From positions 124,001 to 188,000 of the IMG/VR virus record IMGVR_UViG_3300029983_000007: DNA of 64,000 nucleotides, one strand, 5' to 3'. The notes beneath the pieces are model-generated. The model was not told the origin of the DNA and did not search any database. It saw only the letters and a list, made by a program, of their open reading frames with translations. Of the stretch, positions 51,000 through 59,952 are shown one piece after another. Each line of letters begins with the position of its first letter. Within the stretch, counting starts at the first letter, position 1. Position numbers and translations under genes: made by a program.

Positions 51000-51335
51000 A
51001 TGAAGATATTGGATAAATTTTCACATTTTATAAAAAAAACGTATTATTATTTTAAGTGGGGTAGTGTACTTTATCCTATTTCTAATAAATTAGATTTTTT
51101 ATTGGTGTATTTGGAAAAATTTGAAATTGTTTCTATAGAAATATCAAATTATGAGTGTGTAATTGTATTTGGAGATTATTCGAAATTAATTTTTTGGAAT
51201 GCAAATAGATGGTATGGATGGATGAATTCAGGACAAATGTATTTTAGTAATGGAAAATCAATTAAATGGTCAAGTAAATCACCATCTTGTGAGGTTTTAT
51301 ATAAATATAGAAAATTGATAAATAATAATAAATAA
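51000..51335 (+). CDS. Paralog 1 of 3 (no RxxKL tail)
   Basis: FWNANRWYGWMNSG...KSPS. Confidence 0.7.
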   Translation: MKILDKFSHFIKKTYYYFKWGSVLYPISNKLDFLLVYLEKFEIVSIEISNYECVIVFGDYSKLIFWNANRWYGWMNSGQMYFSNGKSIKWSSKSPSCEVLYKYRKLINNNK

Positions 51336-51772
51336 TGATAAAATTTAAAAAAATTTTTAAAAAAATTTTTAAAAAAATAGTAAGACCATTTGAATTGTTT
51401 TATTATAATATTAGTTGGGGTATGAGATTAAATAGACTGGATAAGAATTTAGATATTTTGTTAATATATTTAAAATCTGTCAAAATTGAGTTGATTCAAT
51501 TAAATGAATATAATTGTATAATAAAATTTACTGATAATTCAGAACTAACTTTTTGGACTGCAAATAGGTGGTATGGATTTATGAATTCAGGACAAATGAA
51601 TTTTAGTAATGGTAAATCAATTTCATGGTCAAGTAAATCTCCATCTTATGAAGTGCTACATGAATATAAGAAATTAATTAAAAAACACGAAAAATCAACA
51701 AAGGTAGATTTTTATGAATATTTGCCTATAAAATTACTCAGAAAAGAAAAATTAAAAAAAATTAAATTATGA
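51335..51772 (+). CDS. Paralog 2 of 3, RxxKL tag class
   Basis: FWTANRWYGFMNSG; ends LPIKLLRKEKLKKIKL. Confidence 0.7.
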   Translation: MIKFKKIFKKIFKKIVRPFELFYYNISWGMRLNRLDKNLDILLIYLKSVKIELIQLNEYNCIIKFTDNSELTFWTANRWYGFMNSGQMNFSNGKSISWSSKSPSYEVLHEYKKLIKKHEKSTKVDFYEYLPIKLLRKEKLKKIKL

Positions 51773-52191
51773 ATAAATTACTAAAAAGTATATATTATCG
51801 TATTTTATGGTTCAAATTGAGATCTCATAAATGTTATGATGCTCTTGATATTTTGACTATATATTTAAAAAATGTAGAAATATCCAAAATTACACTTGAT
51901 AGATCTAATTATAAAATATTTTTTTTAGATGGATCAAGATTAAAATTTAGTAATTGTGATAGATGGCCTGGCTGGATGTCCAATGGAGATATGACATTTC
52001 ATAATGGTAAAATTATGTCATGGTATGATAAATCACCATCATATGAAACATTATTTAAATTTAAAAATTTTATATTGAATTATGAAAAAAAAGAAGCAAA
52101 AAGGATACTATATGAGGAAAAAATAAAATTTGATGATTGTTTACCTATAAAATTACTCAGAAAAGAAAAATTAAAAAAAATTACAAAATAA
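51769..52191 (+). CDS. Paralog 3 of 3, RxxKL tag class
   Basis: DRWPGWMSNG; ends LPIKLLRKEKLKKITK. Confidence 0.7.
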   Translation: MNKLLKSIYYRILWFKLRSHKCYDALDILTIYLKNVEISKITLDRSNYKIFFLDGSRLKFSNCDRWPGWMSNGDMTFHNGKIMSWYDKSPSYETLFKFKNFILNYEKKEAKRILYEEKIKFDDCLPIKLLRKEKLKKITK

Positions 52192-52709
52192 TGGGATTAG
52201 CTATATCATATTTTAGTAGAATTAAATTAAAAGATAATGCAGATATTGAAGATGATGAATATTATATTGAAAATGATAAATATTTCATGTATCAATTAGG
52301 TTCATTAAAGAATGGTCAAAGTTGTGAAAAAACATTTGAATCTGTACAAGGACATTTTAGTGCTGGTTCATATTCTGGTTATGGTGTTTGGAGAAAAAAT
52401 TTAATAGAAATGCTAGGTTATGTTTGTATTCAGGATGTTTGTAATGATTTTGATACTAATATTAGATTGATTAAATTAAAAGAAATTGAAACTGGTAATA
52501 AAATAAGAATTAAACCATTTTATGAGATTATTTGTTTCAGTGATTGTGACGGAGCTATAGGTCCTGAGGTATCAAAAAAATTATATGAAGATTTTGTAGA
52601 GTTTGATAATATTGCAAGTATGCAAGGTGATTATTTTTATGAATTATATTCTAATTTTAAAACTGCATTTGAAGTAGCATCAGATAATGGAGCTGTTTTT
52701 TTTTATTAA
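52191..52709 (+). CDS. Hypothetical phage protein
   Basis: Start ATG 52191 (TAATG overlap); FSAGSYSGYG.WR, FSDCDGAIGP; internal IRLIKLKEI. Confidence 0.7.
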   Translation: MGLAISYFSRIKLKDNADIEDDEYYIENDKYFMYQLGSLKNGQSCEKTFESVQGHFSAGSYSGYGVWRKNLIEMLGYVCIQDVCNDFDTNIRLIKLKEIETGNKIRIKPFYEIICFSDCDGAIGPEVSKKLYEDFVEFDNIASMQGDYFYELYSNFKTAFEVASDNGAVFFY

Positions 52710-52754
52710 AAATAAACAAAACACAAAAAACTTATTACAAATAACAAAAAACGT

Positions 52755-52919
52755 ATGGCACATATTTTAGGATTTATTATTTTAATAGTGATAACAATTT
52801 TAGTTGGTAATGATGCAGAGAAAAGAGGAATGAGTGGATTTGGATGGGGTGCTGGAGTGTTCTTTTTGATGATAATCTTTCTACCTTTGTATTTTATAGT
52901 TAGAAAACCACTGTTATAA
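52755..52919 (+). CDS. 54-aa two-helix membrane protein (PLDc_N-like; not in ORF track)
   Basis: MAHILGFIILIVITILVGNDAEKRGMSGFGWGAGVFFLMIIFLPLYFIVRKPLL. Confidence 0.7.
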   Translation: MAHILGFIILIVITILVGNDAEKRGMSGFGWGAGVFFLMIIFLPLYFIVRKPLL

Positions 52920-52950
52920 AAAAAAGAGAGATTTTAAATCTCTCTTTTTT
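52920..52950. terminator. Bidirectional terminator
   Basis: aaaaaagagagattt-t-aaatctctctttttt. Confidence 0.75.
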
Positions 52951-53272
52951 GTTTTTTTATTAAATGAAGTTCATCTAACCATTGTATAAATTTTAATCTA
53001 TCTTCAGGTATACCTCTAAAAAATTTGCCACCAATGTTGATATATGATTTATTTTCTTTGCTATATCTTAAAATTTCAAAATAACCAATATCTTCGTCTT
53101 CGTCATATTCTAATGTAATTTTAATTGTTGAAAATTTTTTACCTGGATAAACAAATTTGTGTTCATCCCACAATGAGTTCCAAGCTTTTCCAACCTGTGA
53201 ATATGTCATCTTATATTGTTTAATTTCTTTGTCTGTGTATTGCTCAGATTCAAATGTTTTTAAGTGCTTCAT
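52934..53272 (-). CDS. Small protein with MKHLKTFE leader (no KFNI tail)
   Basis: Late-type motif at 53278-53287 immediately upstream. Confidence 0.7.
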   Translation of the reverse strand: MKHLKTFESEQYTDKEIKQYKMTYSQVGKAWNSLWDEHKFVYPGKKFSTIKITLEYDEDEDIGYFEILRYSKENKSYINIGGKFFRGIPEDRLKFIQWLDELHLIKKQKREI

Positions 53273-53289
53273 GTTATTATATATTAAAA

Positions 53290-55194
53290 TTATTTTATTT
53301 TTTTCTTTAATGAATCAAGTTCTTGTAACCACATATCAGTTTCAGTAGTAGATAATATTTTATCTATCTCAATTTTTATTTTTTCGTAAGTGTCTTTTAA
53401 CTCAGATAATTTTTCTGTTGATAAACTAATTAATGATATATTAATTAAATAATCATAACTATCTTTATACATTTCAATTTTGTTATTTTCAATCTGTGAT
53501 ATTATTTTTTCTTTTGTTTTATTTTCAAAAATTATATCTTTTTTTAATACACAATTGATAAATTTCATTTTATTTATAATATACTTTTTCTGCTCTTCAA
53601 ATTTGTATAATATATTTTTCTTTCTCAAATTATAAAAATTTGTTCTTATTTTAACAAAATCATCAATTATATCATATTGATCTTTATAAAAATATATTTT
53701 ACCTTCTTCATTGAACAAATTCATATTATTAATACTTATATAAGAATCAAGATTGAATTTTTTAATTATCATTTCATCTGTTAATTCACTCAATATATCT
53801 TCTGATATAGTAATTACAATGTTTATGCTATCATCTGTACAATAATTATCATAATCTTTGATGTATTTTTCATCTATGAGTTTATCTAAATATTCAAAGT
53901 ATTTATCATTCCACATCATTATTGGTAATTCTAAAATGCTTAGTTTATTTTTGCCTAATTTCTTAAATATTCCTCTTGATATATATCTTTTATTATTTAA
54001 ATCAGGAATAATTTCACCTTTGAATCCATTATACCAAGGTATTAACTCTATGTTTTTCTTACTCTTTTTCAAATAATTTTGAATATATGTTATTACATCA
54101 GTAGGATTGAATGATGGTATGTTAGTTGACCAACCAGTACCTATACCTTCAGCATTATTTATTAATATCATAGGTATTATTGGTATATAATTTTTTGGCT
54201 CTATTTTGTATCCATCATCAATAAGATATTCTAATAAATCATCATCTTCTGATTTGAATATATATTTAGTTATTTCGTTTAATTTGGTGAATATATATCT
54301 AGGAGCAGATGCGTCTTTTCCTCCTTTTAATCTGGATCCAAATTGTCCTACTGGTTCCAACAGATTTAAGTTGTTTGATCCTATGAAATTTTGAGACATT
54401 GAAATTATTGCTTGTTCTAAAGATGTTGATCCATTATGATATGCTGATAAACTTATAATATCACCACATAATTGGCTTACTTTAATTTCATTTTTAAAAT
54501 TCTTTTTTAGTAAAGTGTAAAGTATTTTTCTTTGAGATGGTTTTAATCCATCTATCATTGATGGTATTGATCTTATATTATCCGCCATACTAAACTCTAT
54601 GAATTCATTATTGAAAAACGAGTCATATGTTTGTTTTGTTTTAAATTTATCAAAATCTACATTAGACTTATAATTTAATAACCATTCTTTCCTATCCTCT
54701 ACTCTTTTTTTGTTGAATGCCAAATCTATCATATCTCTTTCTTTGATTATATCAGATGAGTTGAATTTTATTAAATGCTTATTTAAATCTTTAAAAAATA
54801 ATTTAATCTCAAATGGCTCCAAAGTACCAAGACCTTTTAACCATTTTAAGTGCCATTCAGAATATTCTGTTTTGCTTTTCCATTTTTGATAATCATATGT
54901 ATTATAAAAATATTGTGTTTTACCCTTTTTTGTAGCTTTTACTACTGGGGTAATAAATTGATATAAAAACTCAAGTTGTAATAATTCGGGCCAGTATTTA
55001 TCAAAAAAATTTAGTAGAAGCCCAGATATGTGAGAACCGTCACAATTATGAACCAATATATTATCTATTTTATTTTTAGATATAAAAAACGAATTATCAT
55101 CTTCTACTTTAATGTCATACATTATAGTATCTTTGCTTTCTTTTTTTATTTCATCAATATTTAATATTTCATAATCATTTAGATTTATTTTCAT
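53290..55194 (-). CDS. Type IIA topoisomerase C-half carrying a 50-aa C-intein at its N-terminus
   Basis: MYDIKVEDDNSFF...ILVHN/CDGSHISGLL; KGLGT, RSIPSMIDGLKPSQRK, catalytic ASAPRYIFT, GIGTGWST. Confidence 0.92.
   Translation of the reverse strand: MKINLNDYEILNIDEIKKESKDTIMYDIKVEDDNSFFISKNKIDNILVHNCDGSHISGLLLNFFDKYWPELLQLEFLYQFITPVVKATKKGKTQYFYNTYDYQKWKSKTEYSEWHLKWLKGLGTLEPFEIKLFFKDLNKHLIKFNSSDIIKERDMIDLAFNKKRVEDRKEWLLNYKSNVDFDKFKTKQTYDSFFNNEFIEFSMADNIRSIPSMIDGLKPSQRKILYTLLKKNFKNEIKVSQLCGDIISLSAYHNGSTSLEQAIISMSQNFIGSNNLNLLEPVGQFGSRLKGGKDASAPRYIFTKLNEITKYIFKSEDDDLLEYLIDDGYKIEPKNYIPIIPMILINNAEGIGTGWSTNIPSFNPTDVITYIQNYLKKSKKNIELIPWYNGFKGEIIPDLNNKRYISRGIFKKLGKNKLSILELPIMMWNDKYFEYLDKLIDEKYIKDYDNYCTDDSINIVITISEDILSELTDEMIIKKFNLDSYISINNMNLFNEEGKIYFYKDQYDIIDDFVKIRTNFYNLRKKNILYKFEEQKKYIINKMKFINCVLKKDIIFENKTKEKIISQIENNKIEMYKDSYDYLINISLISLSTEKLSELKDTYEKIKIEIDKILSTTETDMWLQELDSLKKKIK
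55045..55194 (-). other. Split intein, C-fragment (IntC)
   Basis: Block F YDIKV, block G VHN, followed by +1 Cys. Confidence 0.9.
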
Positions 55195-55345
55195 CTTTAT
55201 TCATATCTTTTTTTATTAAGTGCTCAATATATTTTGATTTGTTTATATTATTATCTTCACAAATTTCATCTAATATATTATCTAATTCAATATTTATAGA
55301 TACTGATAATGTTTTCTTTTTGTCTGTTATTGTTGGTCTTCCCAT
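55175..55345 (-). CDS. 56-aa ribbon-helix-helix protein with GRP hook (not in ORF track)
   Basis: MGRPTITDKKKTLSVSINIELDNILDEICEDNNINKSKYIEHLIKKDM...; overlaps the topo C-half start. Confidence 0.75.
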   Translation of the reverse strand: MGRPTITDKKKTLSVSINIELDNILDEICEDNNINKSKYIEHLIKKDMNKDENKSK

Positions 55346-55359
55346 TGTGTTTTTGTTTT

Positions 55360-55425
55360 TATATATAAAATATTAACTAATTTGTTTGAAAATAGATAAA
55401 AATGAAACTTTTTTATTTATATATA
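55360..55425. promoter_or_regulatory. Divergent promoter region of the RHH cassette
   Basis: Minus strand AAAC-N18-TATATA at 55360-55387; plus strand TTTATATATA at 55416-55425. Confidence 0.6.
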
Positions 55426-55444
55426 CTATAAAAATGCTAAGAAT

Positions 55445-55606
55445 ATGAAAAAACCAATCACAAAAAGAAAAGTTTCTATCTCAATAAATAGTGAAGTATA
55501 TAATTATATTGAAGATAGATTTGAAAATAAATCTAAATATATTGAATATTTAATATATCAAGATATATTAAAATGTGGCAAATTAAAAAAAGATATAATA
55601 TTATGA
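55445..55606 (+). CDS. 53-aa ribbon-helix-helix protein (not in ORF track)
   Basis: MKKPITKRKVSISINSEVYNYIEDRFENKSKYIEYLIYQDIL...; ATGA-coupled to the endonuclease. Confidence 0.75.
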   Translation: MKKPITKRKVSISINSEVYNYIEDRFENKSKYIEYLIYQDILKCGKLKKDIIL

Positions 55607-56430
55607 TATTAGATACTGAAATATTATTTAATGTGAGTAATAAAAATAAAGCACATTTGATATGCAAAGGTTATGATGTGACTCACAAAGATGTTATAAT
55701 TAAAGTTGAAGATTTGCCTACATATAGTCATTATAAAATAAAAGTAAAATGCGATATATGTGGAACTGAAAAATATTTAGGAAATCATAAATATATGAAA
55801 AACACAAGACTTAATACTAAAGATTATTGTTGTTGTCAAAAATGTGGAGTTAATAAATTACTTGATACATTTAAAGAAAATTACGGGTGTATAAGTAGTC
55901 AACATCCTAATATCAAATTAAAGCAAGAGAAAACAAATATCGAAAGATATGGTAGTAAATCTTGTCAATCAAATAAAGAAATTAAACAAAAATCATATGA
56001 TACTATGATAAAAAAATATGGTGTAAAATATTCATTACAGAATAATGAAATAAAAAAAAAGTTTATGTTAAAAATAGATGATACTGTTAAAAAAACTAAT
56101 ATTACAAAAGTTCAAAGAGGAGTAATGGTAGATTATGATAATTTTAGTTCATTTAAAGATTATAGAAAATTAGTTGATATAGAAACAAGAAGAAACAAAA
56201 AACTATTATATGAAGAATGGAATGGACTTGATTTTTATGATAATGAATATATTGGTGAAAATTTAAATTTAAATTATAGAGATAAATTATATCCATCTAT
56301 AGATCATAAAATATCAATATTGAATGGATTTTTAGATGATATTGATCCTTATAGTATTGGTAATATTACGAATTTGTGTATAACAACAAGAACAAATAAC
56401 TCAAAGAAGAATTCTAAAAATGTGTTCTAA
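55603..56430 (+). CDS. HNH-like homing endonuclease lying antisense between the split-intein halves
   Basis: Start ATG 55603; VKCDICG, YG repeats, PSIDHKIS...NLCITTRTNNSKK. Confidence 0.75.
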   Translation: MILDTEILFNVSNKNKAHLICKGYDVTHKDVIIKVEDLPTYSHYKIKVKCDICGTEKYLGNHKYMKNTRLNTKDYCCCQKCGVNKLLDTFKENYGCISSQHPNIKLKQEKTNIERYGSKSCQSNKEIKQKSYDTMIKKYGVKYSLQNNEIKKKFMLKIDDTVKKTNITKVQRGVMVDYDNFSSFKDYRKLVDIETRRNKKLLYEEWNGLDFYDNEYIGENLNLNYRDKLYPSIDHKISILNGFLDDIDPYSIGNITNLCITTRTNNSKKNSKNVF

Positions 56431-56442
56431 ATATTATTAAAT

Positions 56443-56476
56443 AAAAGAAAGAGATAAATAATTATCTCTTTCTTTT
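56443..56476. terminator. Bidirectional terminator between the endonuclease and the topo N-half
   Basis: aaaagaaagagataa-ataa-ttatctctttctttt. Confidence 0.75.
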
Positions 56477-58264
56477 TAATATTTTATCAGTAATTAATAT
56501 TTCTTTGACTTTTACTAATATAATTTCATTGTTTCTTAATATTGGAATCTCATGATTTTCACTAAATGTATATTCATATCCATTGATATTTAATTTTATT
56601 ATATTAGTCTTGTGAGTTTCAATTATATTGAGTATTTTTTTCCATTCATTGTTGTGTGTTAAAACTTCATCGTCATAATTAATATCTTTTATTGCTACAT
56701 ATCCTCTTTTAGTTAGAACTAACGTATTTTCTTCTATACAATCAGCATCTGTCATCATTATAACTTTACCGTATCTTAATGTTCTTGTTGATGTGTATTG
56801 TTTACCAAATTCTAATCCTAATATTTTTATAATTGAAGTAATTTCATCGTTTTCTCTCATTTTTTGTATAGAAACATCCCTTACATTCAATGGTTTACCC
56901 TTAAGAGGGTATATTCCATAATAGTCATTTCCAACAACTGATAATCCTGCACGAGCTGTTGATTTTGCTGAATCTCCTTCAGTTAGTATTAATCCACATT
57001 TCATGCTATGTGGTTGCTTACCTGCCATATTAGCATCATCAAGCTTCGCTATTTTAACTTTAATTTTCTGATTATTCTGAGTTGATTTCTTAGCATCTTG
57101 TAATTCTTTGAATGATGCAAAATTTACTATGTCATTTTTTATTTGAGATGACATAAGTTTTTTGATAAATGAATCTGAAACAGTTACATCTTTGATGATT
57201 TCAGTTATCATTCTTGTAGTTAGATTTTCTTTTGTTTGTGTTTCAAATGATGGATTAGGAATTTTACAACTAAGAAATAAAAATAAATGATTTTTGATCA
57301 TTGATTGTTTAACGCTTGTTGATTTTATTTTATCATCAAGTGATTTGGTGATTTGATTAGTTATGTAATTAACATGAGTACCTCCAATATGAGTAGATAT
57401 TCCATTTACCATTGATACTTGTTGAAACATATCATTAGGTGTGCGTGCTATACCGACTTCCCAGTTCTCATTTATTTTTTCGTAGAAGAACTCTTCATCA
57501 TCATTGATAAACATCTTCATGTAATCTTTAAATGACTTGATAGGTATTAATACATCATTATAGTAGACTTTAACTCCAGTGCTATAAGCTGCAATGTCAA
57601 TAGCTCGTTTTAAAAATATTGATTGAATTTCATCTGTTATTTCAGTTAGATTAAATTTTTCAAAATCTGGATAATATGTAATTTTTGTGTAATTTTTGTC
57701 TGATGTAGTTATTTTTGGCTTAGTTTTATCAGACATATTATTGGTGAATGTTTGAATGTATTTATGCTTACCATCTGCAGTTTCAATTGTAAATTTCTTT
57801 GAGAATATGTTAGTTGTTTTTATTCCAATTCCATGTGTACCACCAACCATCCTTTTATCATCGTCCGTGAAATTCTCCCCCGTGAGCAAATTTCCGAAAA
57901 TCAACTCACACACATAAATTTTATGTTCTTTGTGCATAACAATAGGTACTCCTGGTCCGTCGTTTTCAATTGTTATGTGGTCTTTATCTACGTTTATCTT
58001 GATGTATTTGACTTGACCATCTGTTCTGATGTAATGATCTGATGCATTGGTTAATGCTTCATCGAATAGTTTAATAAATCCTGCATTATAATTTACTTCT
58101 TTATATACAAATTTGTTGTCTTTAATTTCATTAATATCTTCAAATACATACATTTTGGTTGGTTCAGTATATATATTTCCAATATACATTCCTGGTTTTT
58201 TTAATACGTGTTCAATTGGTGTTAATTTCTTATATCTATCCTCTATTGTTTTTTTATTCATCAA
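56462..58264 (-). CDS. Type IIA topoisomerase N-half (GHKL ATPase plus part of TOPRIM) ending in a 92-aa N-intein
   Basis: HVLKKPGMYIG, DEALTNA.D, NDGPGVP, GGTHGIG.K, LTEGDSAK, PLKGKPLNV, IMMTDAD/CIEENT. Confidence 0.92.
   Translation of the reverse strand: MMNKKTIEDRYKKLTPIEHVLKKPGMYIGNIYTEPTKMYVFEDINEIKDNKFVYKEVNYNAGFIKLFDEALTNASDHYIRTDGQVKYIKINVDKDHITIENDGPGVPIVMHKEHKIYVCELIFGNLLTGENFTDDDKRMVGGTHGIGIKTTNIFSKKFTIETADGKHKYIQTFTNNMSDKTKPKITTSDKNYTKITYYPDFEKFNLTEITDEIQSIFLKRAIDIAAYSTGVKVYYNDVLIPIKSFKDYMKMFINDDEEFFYEKINENWEVGIARTPNDMFQQVSMVNGISTHIGGTHVNYITNQITKSLDDKIKSTSVKQSMIKNHLFLFLSCKIPNPSFETQTKENLTTRMITEIIKDVTVSDSFIKKLMSSQIKNDIVNFASFKELQDAKKSTQNNQKIKVKIAKLDDANMAGKQPHSMKCGLILTEGDSAKSTARAGLSVVGNDYYGIYPLKGKPLNVRDVSIQKMRENDEITSIIKILGLEFGKQYTSTRTLRYGKVIMMTDADCIEENTLVLTKRGYVAIKDINYDDEVLTHNNEWKKILNIIETHKTNIIKLNINGYEYTFSENHEIPILRNNEIILVKVKEILITDKILKRKR
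56465..56740 (-). other. Split intein, N-fragment (IntN)
   Basis: Block A CIEENTLV, GYVAIKDI..DDEVLTH, block B FSENH, then stop. Confidence 0.9.
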
Positions 58265-58286
58265 ATTTTAATTAATTTTTACATTG

Positions 58287-58314
58287 TATATATCTTAAAA
58301 ATTATGTAAAGTTT
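58287..58314 (-). promoter_or_regulatory. Putative middle promoter AAAC-N18-TATATA
   Basis: Upstream of the topo N-half. Confidence 0.65.
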
Positions 58315-58372
58315 TGATTTATAATATAAAGAGTGAAAATATGATGATTTACAATGATATATATGTTAAAAA

Positions 58373-58687
58373 TTAAATATTATTTAATTTTTCTATCTTC
58401 AATTTTCTACATATTTTTTGATGGTATGATTCTATAAATTTTTCAAAATCTTCAAAATTTAGAAATTCTTGTTTAAGTTCAACATGAGGATAAGGTGCTG
58501 TACTATATATGTTTTTATGAAAACATATTACTTCATTAGAGTATTCATCCATATATGAATTTATGTTTATATAGCCACCATTTTCTCTTATGATATAATA
58601 ATTTGAACATCTAAGTTTATAGCCAATTGATGTTATAAGTTTTAATACACGGTCATCAATGTAATCTTTGCTTAAATGATCATTCAT
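58373..58687 (-). CDS. Small protein, RxxKL tag class, paralog of the next gene
   Basis: KLI.SIGYK, ENGGYININ, EFLNF; ends RKLKIEKLNNI. Confidence 0.7.
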   Translation of the reverse strand: MNDHLSKDYIDDRVLKLITSIGYKLRCSNYYIIRENGGYININSYMDEYSNEVICFHKNIYSTAPYPHVELKQEFLNFEDFEKFIESYHQKICRKLKIEKLNNI

Positions 58688-58983
58688 AATAAGTTTTTTA
58701 ATTTTAGTTTTCTGAATATTCTTTTATGATATTCTTTTATGAATGTTTCAAAATTTTTAAAATTTAAAAATTCTTTTGAATAAACTTTGATTTCATTTGC
58801 TATTTGGTAATATTTACTGAATGATATAATTTTATCACCATCATTTAGTACATAAAAATTTATATTTATATATCCATTTTCTTCAAATAACGTAAATTTA
58901 TCAAATCTATTTTTATAACCTATAGACTCAATTAATTTGATGCATTTTTTGTCGTAATATTCTCTATATCTAAAATCAATCAT
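58684..58983 (-). CDS. Small protein, RxxKL tag class
   Basis: Ends RKLKLKNLL; AAAC-N18-TATATA at 59014-59041. Confidence 0.7.
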   Translation of the reverse strand: MIDFRYREYYDKKCIKLIESIGYKNRFDKFTLFEENGYININFYVLNDGDKIISFSKYYQIANEIKVYSKEFLNFKNFETFIKEYHKRIFRKLKLKNLL

Positions 58984-59233
58984 GTGATGTTATTATGCTT
59001 ATAATTAAAAATTTATATATTATTATTTTGATGACATGTTTTTGATATTTGTTAAATAAATGACTAAAATATATAATAAATATGTTTTTATTTTTTTTAT
59101 TGAAATAGTTTATTTACTTTTGTGAAGTAATTGAATTATAATAATATTTATAATAATATTATTAATTAGTTTTTAATTTAAATTATTATGTATATCTTTG
59201 TATTGTAATATAAAAACTTAATAATGAATTTTT

Positions 59234-59431
59234 ATGAATGAACTAAAAATTGCAAAAATATTAAAACACACTATGATATTAGAATATGTGTGTGAAAAAA
59301 ATAAAACTAAAATAACTTCAATAATTGAAAATCCTGAAATAAGTGATGGACAATATTATGAGGACTGGCATTATAAGTATATTAAAATAAAATGTGAATC
59401 TTGTGGTGAATTACATAAATTTGAAATTTAA
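59234..59431 (+). CDS. Small zinc-ribbon-like protein
   Basis: YVCEK...IKCESCGELH; -7 boxes at 59115-59122 and 59193-59200. Confidence 0.6.
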   Translation: MNELKIAKILKHTMILEYVCEKNKTKITSIIENPEISDGQYYEDWHYKYIKIKCESCGELHKFEI

Positions 59432-59458
59432 TTATTTAATTATTTAATTGTATAAAAA

Positions 59459-59947
59459 ATGAACTTAAAAGAAAAAATTGAAATTAGGAAAGCTTATTTT
59501 AAAGCTAAGAAACAAAAATTCCGTCGTGATACACAAAGGTTGGCTATCAAATTTTTTAAGTTTTTTTCTATTAGCAATAATAGAATTGATCAAGTCAACA
59601 ACAGTGAAAATGAAGTAATAAGTTTTTGTAGACGACTTATTAGAAATCAAGAAACTGTTTTGTCAATGACTCCAACAACACACAAAAGGATAATTGAAAA
59701 CAAGAAAACTGGTACCTATATTATAATTAGGAATATGCAAGTTCTGGTTTATCATAAAGGAACTGCATTTCCTCCAACTTTAATTTCCGATAAAAAATAT
59801 CAATATCTTTTAGAAATATTTGATGATAAAAAAGAAACAATTGAACAAGATAAAGAAAATGATATTCAAAATGAAGTAAAGCATTCATTTAAAAAAATCT
59901 ATGATTCTTTGGTTGAACTTGATAATATTGAAAACTCTATAAAATAA
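59459..59947 (+). CDS. Hypothetical protein
   Basis: 162-aa ORF in operon. Confidence 0.7.
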   Translation: MNLKEKIEIRKAYFKAKKQKFRRDTQRLAIKFFKFFSISNNRIDQVNNSENEVISFCRRLIRNQETVLSMTPTTHKRIIENKKTGTYIIIRNMQVLVYHKGTAFPPTLISDKKYQYLLEIFDDKKETIEQDKENDIQNEVKHSFKKIYDSLVELDNIENSIK

Positions 59948-59952
59948 TAAAA

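Noticed and set aside
55195-56461. Group I intron interrupting the topoisomerase
   Set aside because: Both flanks carry intein motifs with their own stop and start, the insert is filled with ORFs, promoters and a terminator, and no structured RNA core is apparent.
58990-59230. Replication origin in the AT-rich divergent gap
   Set aside because: Adequately explained by divergent promoters; no iterons seen.
1531-59650. Short antisense or out-of-frame ORFs in the track (e.g. 1531, 9980, 13318, 16113, 18392, 21795, 24143, 30120, 31423, 32754, 34952, 41123, 41531, 42979, 44983, 45706, 46573, 49061, 53157, 53858, 54206, 57833, 59465)
   Set aside because: They are shadows nested in or overlapping well-supported genes, with no motifs or expression signals.
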